From an uncultured Gaiellales bacterium (GTDB lineage: Bacteria; Actinomycetota; Thermoleophilia; RBG-16-64-13), in NCBI GenBank assembly GCA_964399135.1, contig CAYNPL010000006.1, positions 63,741 to 127,740 of the forward strand: DNA of 64,000 nt, in the 5' to 3' direction. Numbering within the stretch: position 1 is the stretch's first letter; every line of letters begins with the position of its first letter. Both the position numbers and the translations under genes were made by a program. The notes under the pieces were generated by a model, which saw nothing but the letters and a program-made list of their open reading frames with translations, did no database searches and was not told the DNA's origin. This document shows, in pieces, positions 48,159-56,363 of the stretch.

Positions 48159-49643
48159 TCAGCGCCGGGTGGCCGCGACGATCAGCAGGACGATCAGCGC
48201 GATGAACGCCGCCCCCGCCACGGCGAAGGCGACGACGGGCCAGAGCGGCCAGCCGGAGTCCGCGCCTGCCGTGCCGGCGGACCCGGGATCAGTGCCGTCC
48301 GGACTGGCGGTGGAGGGGGGCGGAGAGACGGAAGTCGGGACCTCCGTCGCCGAGGTGGTGTCGAAGCCGATGAGCTCGGCGAAGGGGGCGAACGCAGGGG
48401 CCGGGCTCGTGCCGAAGCTCACCTCGGAGATGTAGACTTCCCCGCCGGCGCTCCCGGGATAGACGTCCAGGATCTCGACCCGGGCCCATTCCGCCGTTCC
48501 CTCCAGGGGGAACCTCTGCACCGAGGGCTCGTCGGCCAGGGCGAAGGTCTTGGTCGCGCCGTCGGAGAGGGTTACGCGCACCGTCTTCGGCCTGCTGTAC
48601 TCGCCGAACGACGTCAGGGTGTCGTTCCTGCCGGTCACGATGCGGAACTCCCTGATGTTCCGATCGCCCTCTATCCGCAGCTGCACCCGCGCCTCCTTCC
48701 CCTCACCCAGCGCCCAGGCGCTGAGAGGGGACCCGTCGGCTACCTCCCAGCCGGTCATACCGCCCTCGGCGGTGTCATCGGGGAAGACCACGGCCCCGAA
48801 AGCAGGGGGTAAGGAGGGCATCGTCTCCGCGCTGAGGAAGGGGGCGGTGAAAGCCAGCATGATATCGTGGTCCTTGGTCGGCTCCAGATCGCGGAACTCC
48901 CACAGGTAGGTACGGCCGTCCGGCTTGACGTGCGTCTCGGGGCGGGTGGTCCAGGGCCAGCCCTCCACGGAGCCTGCTTGGCCGGCAGTGACGTCGACCG
49001 CCCAGCCGTCGAAGTCGTCCGCCAGACTGTAGCGGACCACGGCCTTGCCGATCGTGCCCGCCCAGGTCGCCCCGGTGTGCAGCCAGTAATCGTGGCGCCC
49101 GGCCAGCCCGGTCACCCCGGGGACCTTCATCTCCGGCGGCATGAGCTCCTCGAGGCGGTTGCTCGAGACCCAGGTGGGATTGCTCAAGTAGCTCACGGTG
49201 ATCATGGTCTCCCCGGTGGGGAAGGTGGCCTGGTGGAGGAAGTAGCCCTGCTCGTCGGTGCCGTCGCCGCCCTCGCCGATGCTGACCGCCAGGGGCATGC
49301 CGTTCTGCCAGGCTCGAAAGGAGATGGGGATGGTGCCGTTGCCTTCCGGTCCCACCGGCAGGTAGGGGAAGCCCAGCATGAGGGTCTGCGGTCCTCCGGA
49401 GTTCACGAACTTGAAGTCGACGCGGTACTCGGCGAAGCGCCGGTAACAGACGGCTTGGACCGTCTCCGCCTCCAGCCGGATATCGGTACTCTCCAGCGGA
49501 TAGAGGTCGCCCCCCATGCCTCCGACCGAGGTGTCGTTGGCGAAGGCGGGCGGAGTCGACCCCAGCAGGGACACGGTCGCCGCCAGGGCGACGCCCAGGA
49601 GCAGGACGAAGAGAACGAGGAAGGGCGATCCCCGGAGCTTCAC
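48159..49643 (-). CDS. Secreted, C-terminally anchored DUF4424-like protein with a discoidin/NADase-type glycan-binding-like domain
   Basis: Signal peptide, NDTSV.G.GG.L, YWLHTGATW.GTIG, YSRPK.V...EIL.VYPG...ISEV, Thr/Pro linker and TM. Confidence 0.7.
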   Translation of the reverse strand: MKLRGSPFLVLFVLLLGVALAATVSLLGSTPPAFANDTSVGGMGGDLYPLESTDIRLEAETVQAVCYRRFAEYRVDFKFVNSGGPQTLMLGFPYLPVGPEGNGTIPISFRAWQNGMPLAVSIGEGGDGTDEQGYFLHQATFPTGETMITVSYLSNPTWVSSNRLEELMPPEMKVPGVTGLAGRHDYWLHTGATWAGTIGKAVVRYSLADDFDGWAVDVTAGQAGSVEGWPWTTRPETHVKPDGRTYLWEFRDLEPTKDHDIMLAFTAPFLSAETMPSLPPAFGAVVFPDDTAEGGMTGWEVADGSPLSAWALGEGKEARVQLRIEGDRNIREFRIVTGRNDTLTSFGEYSRPKTVRVTLSDGATKTFALADEPSVQRFPLEGTAEWARVEILDVYPGSAGGEVYISEVSFGTSPAPAFAPFAELIGFDTTSATEVPTSVSPPPSTASPDGTDPGSAGTAGADSGWPLWPVVAFAVAGAAFIALIVLLIVAATRR

Positions 49644-49711
49644 GTCTCCTCACCTTTACAGAACGGGTGCCACCAAAGCCAGTATACGCGCAGGCGACCG
49701 ACTCGCAGGCG

Positions 49712-50986
49712 TCAGGCCGGGCCCGCGGCCCCCGGTGACCGCCCGCCCTGGCCGAGGACCTCCTGGAGCTCCATGCCCTGAGGCCGCTCCAGCTGATCCA
49801 TGGTGCACTGGCGGGGATCCTTGTCGGGCCGCCAGCGCTCGAAACGGGTGGCATGGCGGAAGCGGTCTCCGGTGAGCTGGTCGTAGCTCACTTCGATGAC
49901 GAGAAGCGGCGCCACAGGGACGAAGTCCTCGCCCGGTCCCGCCCCCTTCGCGGGGAGGCCCGCGTCCGCGCTGGCGCGGACGCGGGCCCCGCTCCACCGA
50001 CTGGGGGCGCCCGGGTGGCGCGCGTGTTCACCGAAACCGGCGGGTGGGCCCAGGCCGGCAGCCTCCGACCCCGGGCGGAGCGACTGGAGGGCCTCCAATA
50101 GGGCGGCCGCCTCCCGGTCGGAGAACGAGGAGCAGTGGCCGATGAAGTGAAGCTCGCCGCTGGAGTCGTACAGGCCCAGCAGGAGAGAGCCCACCCGACG
50201 GCCATCCTTGTGCAGCCGGTAGCCGCCCACCACGCAGTCCACCGTGCGCCGATGCTTGACCTTGACCATCTCGCGCCGGCCCTCGGCGTAGGGCCTGTCC
50301 AGAGCTTTCGCCACGATGCCGTCAAAGCCGGCGGGTTCGAAATCCCGGAACCAACGGCGGGCCGTCTCCAAATCAGTGGTGGCGGGGGAAAGCAGCCAGG
50401 GACCGGCCGTGGTCGGCCCGGGGACCACTGCGGCCTGCACCGCGGAGCGGGTGTCCGCCGGACCGGTGAGCCTCACTCCGGTGGGATCCGTGCCGGCGGC
50501 GTCCAGCATCGCGGCCAGTCGTTCAAGGGCGGCGCGGCGCTCGCTGAAGGGTCGGTCGCGCAGGTCGCTGCCCTCCAGCGCCAAGAGATCGAACAACACG
50601 AGCGAAGCCGGGGTCTCGCGGGCGAGGCGGGCAACCCGGCTCGCGGCGGGATGGACGCGGTTCTGTAGAGCGTCGAAGTCAAGCCTTCCCGCGGTGGCGA
50701 CGACCACCTCGCCGTCGACGACGGTGCCGGGGGGGAGTTGGGCCAGCGCCGGCCTGAGTTCAGGGAAGTAGCGCAGCAACGGCCTGCCGTTGCGGCTGTC
50801 CAGGCGGGGACCGGCGGATGCGGACGCGTCCGCCGCAGGGCTCCACATGACCACCCGGAAGCCGTCCCACTTCGGCTCGTACGACCAGGCGGGTCCGGAG
50901 GGGAGTTCGTCCGCCACCCGGGCCTCCATGGGAGCGATGGGCGGGGTGAAGGGCCAGGCGGGCCCGGTGCCGGCGGGCGCGCTCAC
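49712..50986 (-). CDS. ligC: Stand-alone ATP-dependent DNA ligase (LigC-like)
   Basis: PPIAPMEA, YEPKWDGFR, YFPEL, VDGEVV, LFDLLA, DGIVAK, R.M.KVKH.RT.DCVVGG, RFRH..F.RWRPDK.P..C; GTG start overlaps the upstream TGA. Confidence 0.88.
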   Translation of the reverse strand: MSAPAGTGPAWPFTPPIAPMEARVADELPSGPAWSYEPKWDGFRVVMWSPAADASASAGPRLDSRNGRPLLRYFPELRPALAQLPPGTVVDGEVVVATAGRLDFDALQNRVHPAASRVARLARETPASLVLFDLLALEGSDLRDRPFSERRAALERLAAMLDAAGTDPTGVRLTGPADTRSAVQAAVVPGPTTAGPWLLSPATTDLETARRWFRDFEPAGFDGIVAKALDRPYAEGRREMVKVKHRRTVDCVVGGYRLHKDGRRVGSLLLGLYDSSGELHFIGHCSSFSDREAAALLEALQSLRPGSEAAGLGPPAGFGEHARHPGAPSRWSGARVRASADAGLPAKGAGPGEDFVPVAPLLVIEVSYDQLTGDRFRHATRFERWRPDKDPRQCTMDQLERPQGMELQEVLGQGGRSPGAAGPA

Positions 50987-52617
50987 TTCGAAAGCAGCCC
51001 GGTCTGCTCCACCGAGCGGACCCTGATGGCAACTTCGTTCGCCACCGGGCAGTTGTACTGGCAGACCCCGCAGCCTATGCAGCGCTCCGGCACCACGCGG
51101 GGGAGCTTGACGCCGGCCTCGTTCTGTCCCGCCGCCTCCCCGGCCCCGCCTCCCCGGGCCTGTCCGGCTCCCCGGCCCTGGCCCCCGGCCCCAGTGGTGA
51201 AGATTATGGCCTTCTCGGGGACAGGGCACAGTTCCTGGCACACCAGGCAATCGCGCCCCTCCGACCAGGGAATGCAGGTGTTGTGGTCGATATAGGCGCG
51301 GCCGATGACCTTCAGCCGTTTCTCTTCCAGGCTGAGCTGCCGGATGGCCTGGGTAGGGCAGACCTTGCCGCACTCGTTACAGCTCCAGTCGCAGTAGCCG
51401 CGGCGATAGTCCATCTGCGGAGTAAAGAAGCCCTCGAGGCCGGCGTCGAAGACCGCCGGCTGGATCACGTTGGTGGGGCAGACCTTCATGCACTGGGCGC
51501 ACCGCGCGCAGGTGGCCATGAAGTCCAGTTCGCTGCGTGACCCTGGCGGCCGGATGAGGAAGACGTACCGTTGGATGCGCCCCAGACCGGTGAACAGGAA
51601 GAAACCGCCCAGGAAGGCCAGCCCGCCGGCCTTGAGGAGGGCCCTGCGGCTGGGGTCGTGCACGTGCTGCTTGCGGGGACGGCGGCCCCAGCGGATGGCT
51701 CCGTGGGAGCAGGCGTCCGCACACTCCAGGCCGGCCTCGCAGCGGGAGCAGTCAGTCGATCGCCCGCCGTCGCGCACAGCGTCCATGGGGCAGGCGGCCG
51801 TGCAGGCTTCGCACGCGGCGCAGACGTGGTCGTCGATCACGCGGCCATAGAGGGCCCCGCGGCCCACCAGGCCCAGGAGTGCCCCCAACGGGCACAGGTG
51901 CCGGCACCACAGACGCCGCTCCACGTATGAGACGGCGAGGATTCCCACGAACATCGCGAACATCACCAGCTGGAGCTTGTAGGCGAGTCCGTTGGCGAAG
52001 ACCAGACGGCCGGTGAGGACCTCGGTGACCGAGTCGACCCCGCCGCGCAGCGGCGGTGCCTGGTACAGCACGTCACCGGCCAGGCGCAGACCTCTGTCGA
52101 CCGCCGGATAGACGAGGGTGGTCGCCGTGCGGGTGAAGAGCGACAGGGGGTCGAAGACCAGGAACACGGCACTGCCGAAGAGGATGAGGAAGAGCACCGT
52201 CACCAGCACGAAGGACGGCATCTTCCGCAGCACACCCCGGGCCTTGGGCCCGGGATGCCGCTCCTTGCGGGGCCCGAACAGCTCGACCATGAACCCCATT
52301 GGGCACACGTAACCGCAGAAGGCCCGCCCGATGAAGAGGGGGCTGAGCAGGACCGGCACCGCCAACAGCAGCTCCCACGTGATCACTCCATTCGCCACCG
52401 AGTTGATCGCCAGCAGCGGGTCGGCCAGCAGGAACCCTCCGAGGAAGACGGTCCCCAGGGGCCAGAAGGTCAAGGTCAGGAGGACGAAGAAGGCCACCAA
52501 GAAGAAGACCTGGAAGTAGCGGCGGTACCGGTGAAGGCCGCGCCGGCGGCCGGCGGCCCGCCGACGCCCGCCCGCCCCGCGGTCCCGCTCGGCTGTGCTT
52601 GCAGGCGCCTCGGTCAT
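50983..52617 (-). CDS. Membrane polyferredoxin (NapH/MauN-like N-terminal part fused to a NapG/MauM-like part)
   Basis: GRAFCGYVCPMG, WCRHLCPLG, multiple CxxCxxCxxxCP motifs, internal RRALL, IRPPG. Confidence 0.88.
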   Translation of the reverse strand: MTEAPASTAERDRGAGGRRRAAGRRRGLHRYRRYFQVFFLVAFFVLLTLTFWPLGTVFLGGFLLADPLLAINSVANGVITWELLLAVPVLLSPLFIGRAFCGYVCPMGFMVELFGPRKERHPGPKARGVLRKMPSFVLVTVLFLILFGSAVFLVFDPLSLFTRTATTLVYPAVDRGLRLAGDVLYQAPPLRGGVDSVTEVLTGRLVFANGLAYKLQLVMFAMFVGILAVSYVERRLWCRHLCPLGALLGLVGRGALYGRVIDDHVCAACEACTAACPMDAVRDGGRSTDCSRCEAGLECADACSHGAIRWGRRPRKQHVHDPSRRALLKAGGLAFLGGFFLFTGLGRIQRYVFLIRPPGSRSELDFMATCARCAQCMKVCPTNVIQPAVFDAGLEGFFTPQMDYRRGYCDWSCNECGKVCPTQAIRQLSLEEKRLKVIGRAYIDHNTCIPWSEGRDCLVCQELCPVPEKAIIFTTGAGGQGRGAGQARGGGAGEAAGQNEAGVKLPRVVPERCIGCGVCQYNCPVANEVAIRVRSVEQTGLLSK

Positions 52618-52645
52618 CCGCTGCCGGCTGTCGCACCGCCCGACA

Positions 52646-53725
52646 TCAGGCCGTGCCCTCGAAGATGGTGTACTTACCCAGATCGATCGCTCCCAGCCCG
52701 CGCCTGTTCGCCTCTACCAGGCTGGGCAGGTCGGAAGGCCGCCAGCCCATGATGGTGCAGCCGTAGGCATCGACCGCCACCGGGCTGGTGCCGGCCACCA
52801 CGGTCTTGGGCATGGCCACGTCCTTGAGATTCCCGCCGGTGGGTCCGTTGCGGGTGAGGACGCGGTGGGCGTCGAGGATCACCAGGTGCTGCGTCACTCG
52901 GGTGTTGACATCGGTGATCTTGGGGGGATAGTCCACATGTATACGGCCCCGAGGATCGCCCATGATGCCCATGAGGTTCTTCATGGCCAGGGTCAACCCG
53001 GCCAGGCCGTGGGTCTTGCCGATGGGAACGTTGATGAGGGTGTCGGCCTCGAGGGCGTCGGTCACCAGGGGCCAGGAATCGATGGCCACTCCCTCGGGGA
53101 TGTCCACCCTCTCGAAATTGCGGTTGCTCAGGTACTTGACGGTGCCACCGGCCTCTTCCACCGCCTGGGCTATTCCCGATTCTTGAAAGGCGGCCCGGGG
53201 GCTGCTGGTGGGATAGTCGAGGACCGTCACTTGGGCCGCTCCCGCCTCCAGGCACATGCGCACGATCGCCGCCACCACCAAGGGGTTGGTCGTGGTGGCG
53301 TACTCGGGCGGCCTCCCGGTGAGGACGTTGGGCTTGACCACCACCTTGGCGTCCCGCTTGACGAAACGCTCCATGCCGCCCAGGCGGGCCACGGCCTCGC
53401 GTACGTTCTTGTCGGGCGTATCGCCTCGGATCACGGCGAGGTCAGGAGGGGAGGGGGCCGTGCCGGGGGTGGTGGAGGTGGAAGTGGAGGTGGCCTCCGG
53501 TTGGCTGGAAGAGGTGGTGGCTTTCGGCTCGGTGGTCTCGGGGCCGGTCATCGTGGTGGTGGTTGCCGAGACAGACGGCTGGTCCCCCGCAGTCCTGCCT
53601 TGCGACTCCGACCACCGCAGGGCGTGGGCGCAACCCGAGACCGCGGGAGAGACGCCGACCGCGCCGGCCAACAGCAGCCAGCGACCGGTGGAGAGCAGGA
53701 AGGTCTTTCGGTCCATGTCCGACAT
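52646..53725 (-). CDS. DUF362 domain protein with a Tat-like signal and a Thr-rich linker
   Basis: DRKTFL, VVVKPNV, TTNP.VV, INVPI.KTH, T.AMKNLMG, P.AVDA. Confidence 0.9.
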   Translation of the reverse strand: MSDMDRKTFLLSTGRWLLLAGAVGVSPAVSGCAHALRWSESQGRTAGDQPSVSATTTTMTGPETTEPKATTSSSQPEATSTSTSTTPGTAPSPPDLAVIRGDTPDKNVREAVARLGGMERFVKRDAKVVVKPNVLTGRPPEYATTTNPLVVAAIVRMCLEAGAAQVTVLDYPTSSPRAAFQESGIAQAVEEAGGTVKYLSNRNFERVDIPEGVAIDSWPLVTDALEADTLINVPIGKTHGLAGLTLAMKNLMGIMGDPRGRIHVDYPPKITDVNTRVTQHLVILDAHRVLTRNGPTGGNLKDVAMPKTVVAGTSPVAVDAYGCTIMGWRPSDLPSLVEANRRGLGAIDLGKYTIFEGTA

Positions 53726-53811
53726 GTCATGACCTTTCTACTAGACGGGCGGGAGAACCATTCCCCTGCCGGCTCCGTCCCAGTTTCGCTTTGTAGGATA
53801 CTGGATATGGT

Positions 53812-54465
53812 ATGTCCATGAGTGACGGCGGCGAAAAACACATAGGCAGGCGCGCATTCCTGGGACTGGTCGTCGCCGGGGTAGCCGCCCTCCTGCTGGG
53901 CAAAGAGGTGGTGCCACGCCTGCCCTCCAGCGGAGGCGCTTCCGAGGGCACCGCCGGCTTCCGCATCAACACAGTGGCGCCCGGCGCCGCCTTCGATCCG
54001 GCCACCTGGCGGCTGACCGTGGACGGCTTGGTCCGCCGGCCTCTCGAGCTCACATTCGACCAGTTCAAAGACCTGCCCCAGGTCACCTTCACTCGGGACT
54101 TCGTGTGTGTCGAAGGCTGGGGCGTCGAGGACGTGGAGTGGAAGGGGGTCTCGACCAGGGAGATCATGAGGCAGGCCGACATCGACCCGCGGGCCACCCA
54201 TCTGGTGTTCGAATCGAGCGACGGCGTGTACACCGATTCGCTCACCCTGGAAGAGGCCATGCGCCCTGACAGCATGCTGGCATACCAGGTGAACGGGGAG
54301 TTCCTGCCCGCCAAGATGGGCCAGCCTCTTCGCCTCATCCTTCCGGGGAGTTACGCCTACAAGAACGTCAAGTGGGTGATCAGGGTCGAGGCCATCGCGG
54401 CCGGGCCGGAAGGCTACCAGGGCTATTGGGAGCAACGTGGCTACCCGGCCGACGCCACCATCTGA
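53812..54465 (+). CDS. Sulfite-oxidase/MsrP-like molybdopterin oxidoreductase (Moco domain only)
   Basis: RRAFL signal, WRLTVDGLV, DFVCVEGW (Mo-Cys), GQPLRL.LP..YAYKNVKW, GYWEQRGY. Confidence 0.88.
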   Translation: MSMSDGGEKHIGRRAFLGLVVAGVAALLLGKEVVPRLPSSGGASEGTAGFRINTVAPGAAFDPATWRLTVDGLVRRPLELTFDQFKDLPQVTFTRDFVCVEGWGVEDVEWKGVSTREIMRQADIDPRATHLVFESSDGVYTDSLTLEEAMRPDSMLAYQVNGEFLPAKMGQPLRLILPGSYAYKNVKWVIRVEAIAAGPEGYQGYWEQRGYPADATI

Positions 54466-55294
54466 GGTTGCGGCCTCCGGCACGGGCGCGCCGCCGCCGG
54501 CCGGCGGCGGCGCGTACCAGGCCCCGTCCGGCTCCGTCCCTCCCGAGGGGCGTGGAGGTTTGCTGCAACGGTTCGTTTTGGCCGAGCGGTTGGCCCACTG
54601 GCTATATGCCCTGTTCTTCCTCGTCGCGTTCGTCAGTGGGGTGCTGATGTGGCTGCCGGCCACCCGGGAGTGGATGGGGGGGACGCGCTTCACCGTCTCC
54701 CGCTACCATGCCGCCATCGGCCTGGCCATGGTCTTGGTCCCCCTGCTGGTCATGGTCGTGCTCGACCGCCGGCGCCTGCGGGCCGACCTCCGCGAAGTGG
54801 ACCTGTGGGACGGCGACGACCGCCGCTGGTTCGGCCTGGCTCTGCGCGGCTACACGCTGCGCGGACGGGCGATGCCGGCTCAGGGCCGGCTGAACGCCGG
54901 ACAGAAGGCCAATGTCGTTCTGGTGGCGGCCATGGCCGTGGGCTTCGCGGTCACCGGGGGCATCCTCATGCACAAGGACGGCCTGCCCGCCTGGCTGGTG
55001 TCCCGGGCTCTGTGGTTGCACGGGTTCCTGGCCATCGCCTCCGTCGCCCTCTTTCTCGGCCATCTGGCCCACGTGTTCTTGACCAAGCATGGGCGCGTGT
55101 ACCTGGGCGCGATGGTCAGGGGCACCCTCCCCGAGGGACTGGCCCGGGAGCGTCACCGCCGCTGGTGGGAAGAGATGACCGCGGCGCGGCGGCAAGAGGC
55201 CGGTCCACCGGCCGGGGCTGCCGCCACCGGCCTGCCCCTGCCCTCCGGGCAGACTGAGAGCGCCCCACACCCCGACCGGGACGCCCAGGTGTAG
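54437..55294 (+). CDS. Di-heme cytochrome b (FdnI-like) membrane subunit; start uncertain
   Basis: ERLAHW, RYH, NAGQK, WLH...GHLAH heme-ligand pattern. Confidence 0.85.
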   Translation: MATRPTPPSEVAASGTGAPPPAGGGAYQAPSGSVPPEGRGGLLQRFVLAERLAHWLYALFFLVAFVSGVLMWLPATREWMGGTRFTVSRYHAAIGLAMVLVPLLVMVVLDRRRLRADLREVDLWDGDDRRWFGLALRGYTLRGRAMPAQGRLNAGQKANVVLVAAMAVGFAVTGGILMHKDGLPAWLVSRALWLHGFLAIASVALFLGHLAHVFLTKHGRVYLGAMVRGTLPEGLARERHRRWWEEMTAARRQEAGPPAGAAATGLPLPSGQTESAPHPDRDAQV

Positions 55295-55349
55295 TAAGCT
55301 ACTGATTCTCTGTGATCGGCTGACAGACCAACAAGAAGGGATGTTCCCC

Positions 55350-55820
55350 ATGCAGGCCACTCGCGGCGCCATCGTCTCCCTCAACTACACCCTCAAGGAC
55401 GACGAGGGCGTGACCATCGATTCCAACGAGGGACGTCCCCCCCTCGTCTATCTCCACGGATACGACAACCTCATCTCCGGTCTGGAAGCAGCCTTGGAGG
55501 GCACCTCCGCCGGCTACCGCTCCACGGTGGTCGTCGAGCCCGCCGACGCGTACGGGGAGTTCGACAAAGAGGCGGTCTTCGAGGTCCCTTTGAGCGAGTT
55601 CCCGGAGGGCATGCCCCTGGCGCCCGGCCTCCAGCTGGCGGCCGAGACACCTGGCGGGGACATCTCGGTGGTGGTGGTCGAGGTGGGCGAAGAGGCGGTG
55701 TTGCTCGACGCCAACCATCCCCTGGCCGGCAAACGGCTGCACTTCGACATCGAGGTGGTCGACGTGCGGGCGGCGTCCGCGGAAGAACTGGAGATGGGAT
55801 ACCCGGAGTGTGGCGTATAG
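55350..55820 (+). CDS. slyD: SlyD-like FKBP peptidyl-prolyl isomerase lacking the His-rich tail
   Basis: VSLNYTL, PLVYLHG..NLISGLE.AL, P.DAYG, DANHPLAGKRLHFDIEV.DVR.A..EEL. Confidence 0.88.
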   Translation: MQATRGAIVSLNYTLKDDEGVTIDSNEGRPPLVYLHGYDNLISGLEAALEGTSAGYRSTVVVEPADAYGEFDKEAVFEVPLSEFPEGMPLAPGLQLAAETPGGDISVVVVEVGEEAVLLDANHPLAGKRLHFDIEVVDVRAASAEELEMGYPECGV

Positions 55821-55882
55821 TAGGCGGAGGGCTGTCCGGCCCGGTGGCCGCCGGGTACGACGAGGAGCGGAGACCTTAGTCC

Positions 55883-56353
55883 ATGGCGATCGTTCACACC
55901 TCGCGCATAACCATCGTTCGGGAGAACGGGCCCACCCGCAAGGCCACCATCGAGGGCTTCGCCGAACCCATCTACTACGGTGTCCATGGGGGGATCAAGA
56001 AGTTCTACAAGGTCGATCCCGAGGTCGAGCACGCGGCCACCCTCGACCACATCGTGGGTGCGGTGGGCGGCTGAATGATGGGCACACTGGCCACGGCGCT
56101 GGCCGGCAGGAAGATCCCCACTCACACCGACCGCTATCAAGCCTGTGTCGAGGGGGACGTCGAAGACGTCGACGGGGTATTGCGCATAACCCGCATCCGG
56201 GTGGACTACACGCTCAAGGTACCCCGGGGCAAGACCGAGGAGGCTCGCGACGTGTTCGCCGGCTATCTGAAGGGCTGCCCGGCGGCCATGAGTGTCATCG
56301 GCTGCATCGAGATCAGCGACAGCCTGGAGATCACCGAGCTGGACGATCGCTGA
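55883..56353 (+). CDS. OsmC-like protein with an in-frame TGA at codon 64; probable selenoprotein (156 aa)
   Basis: ORFs 55883..56074 and 56075..56353 are in one frame joined by TGA 56072-56074 in DHIVGAVGG-U-MMGTL, the OsmC catalytic Cys position; second Cys in KGCPAAMSV; hairpin just downstream. Confidence 0.8.
56087..56106 (+). promoter_or_regulatory. Candidate bacterial SECIS hairpin
   Basis: CTGGCCA-CGGCGC-TGGCCGG: 7-bp stem with one G-U pair and a G-containing loop, starting 13 nt after the TGA. Confidence 0.55.
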
Positions 56354-56363
56354 GAGGGAGACG

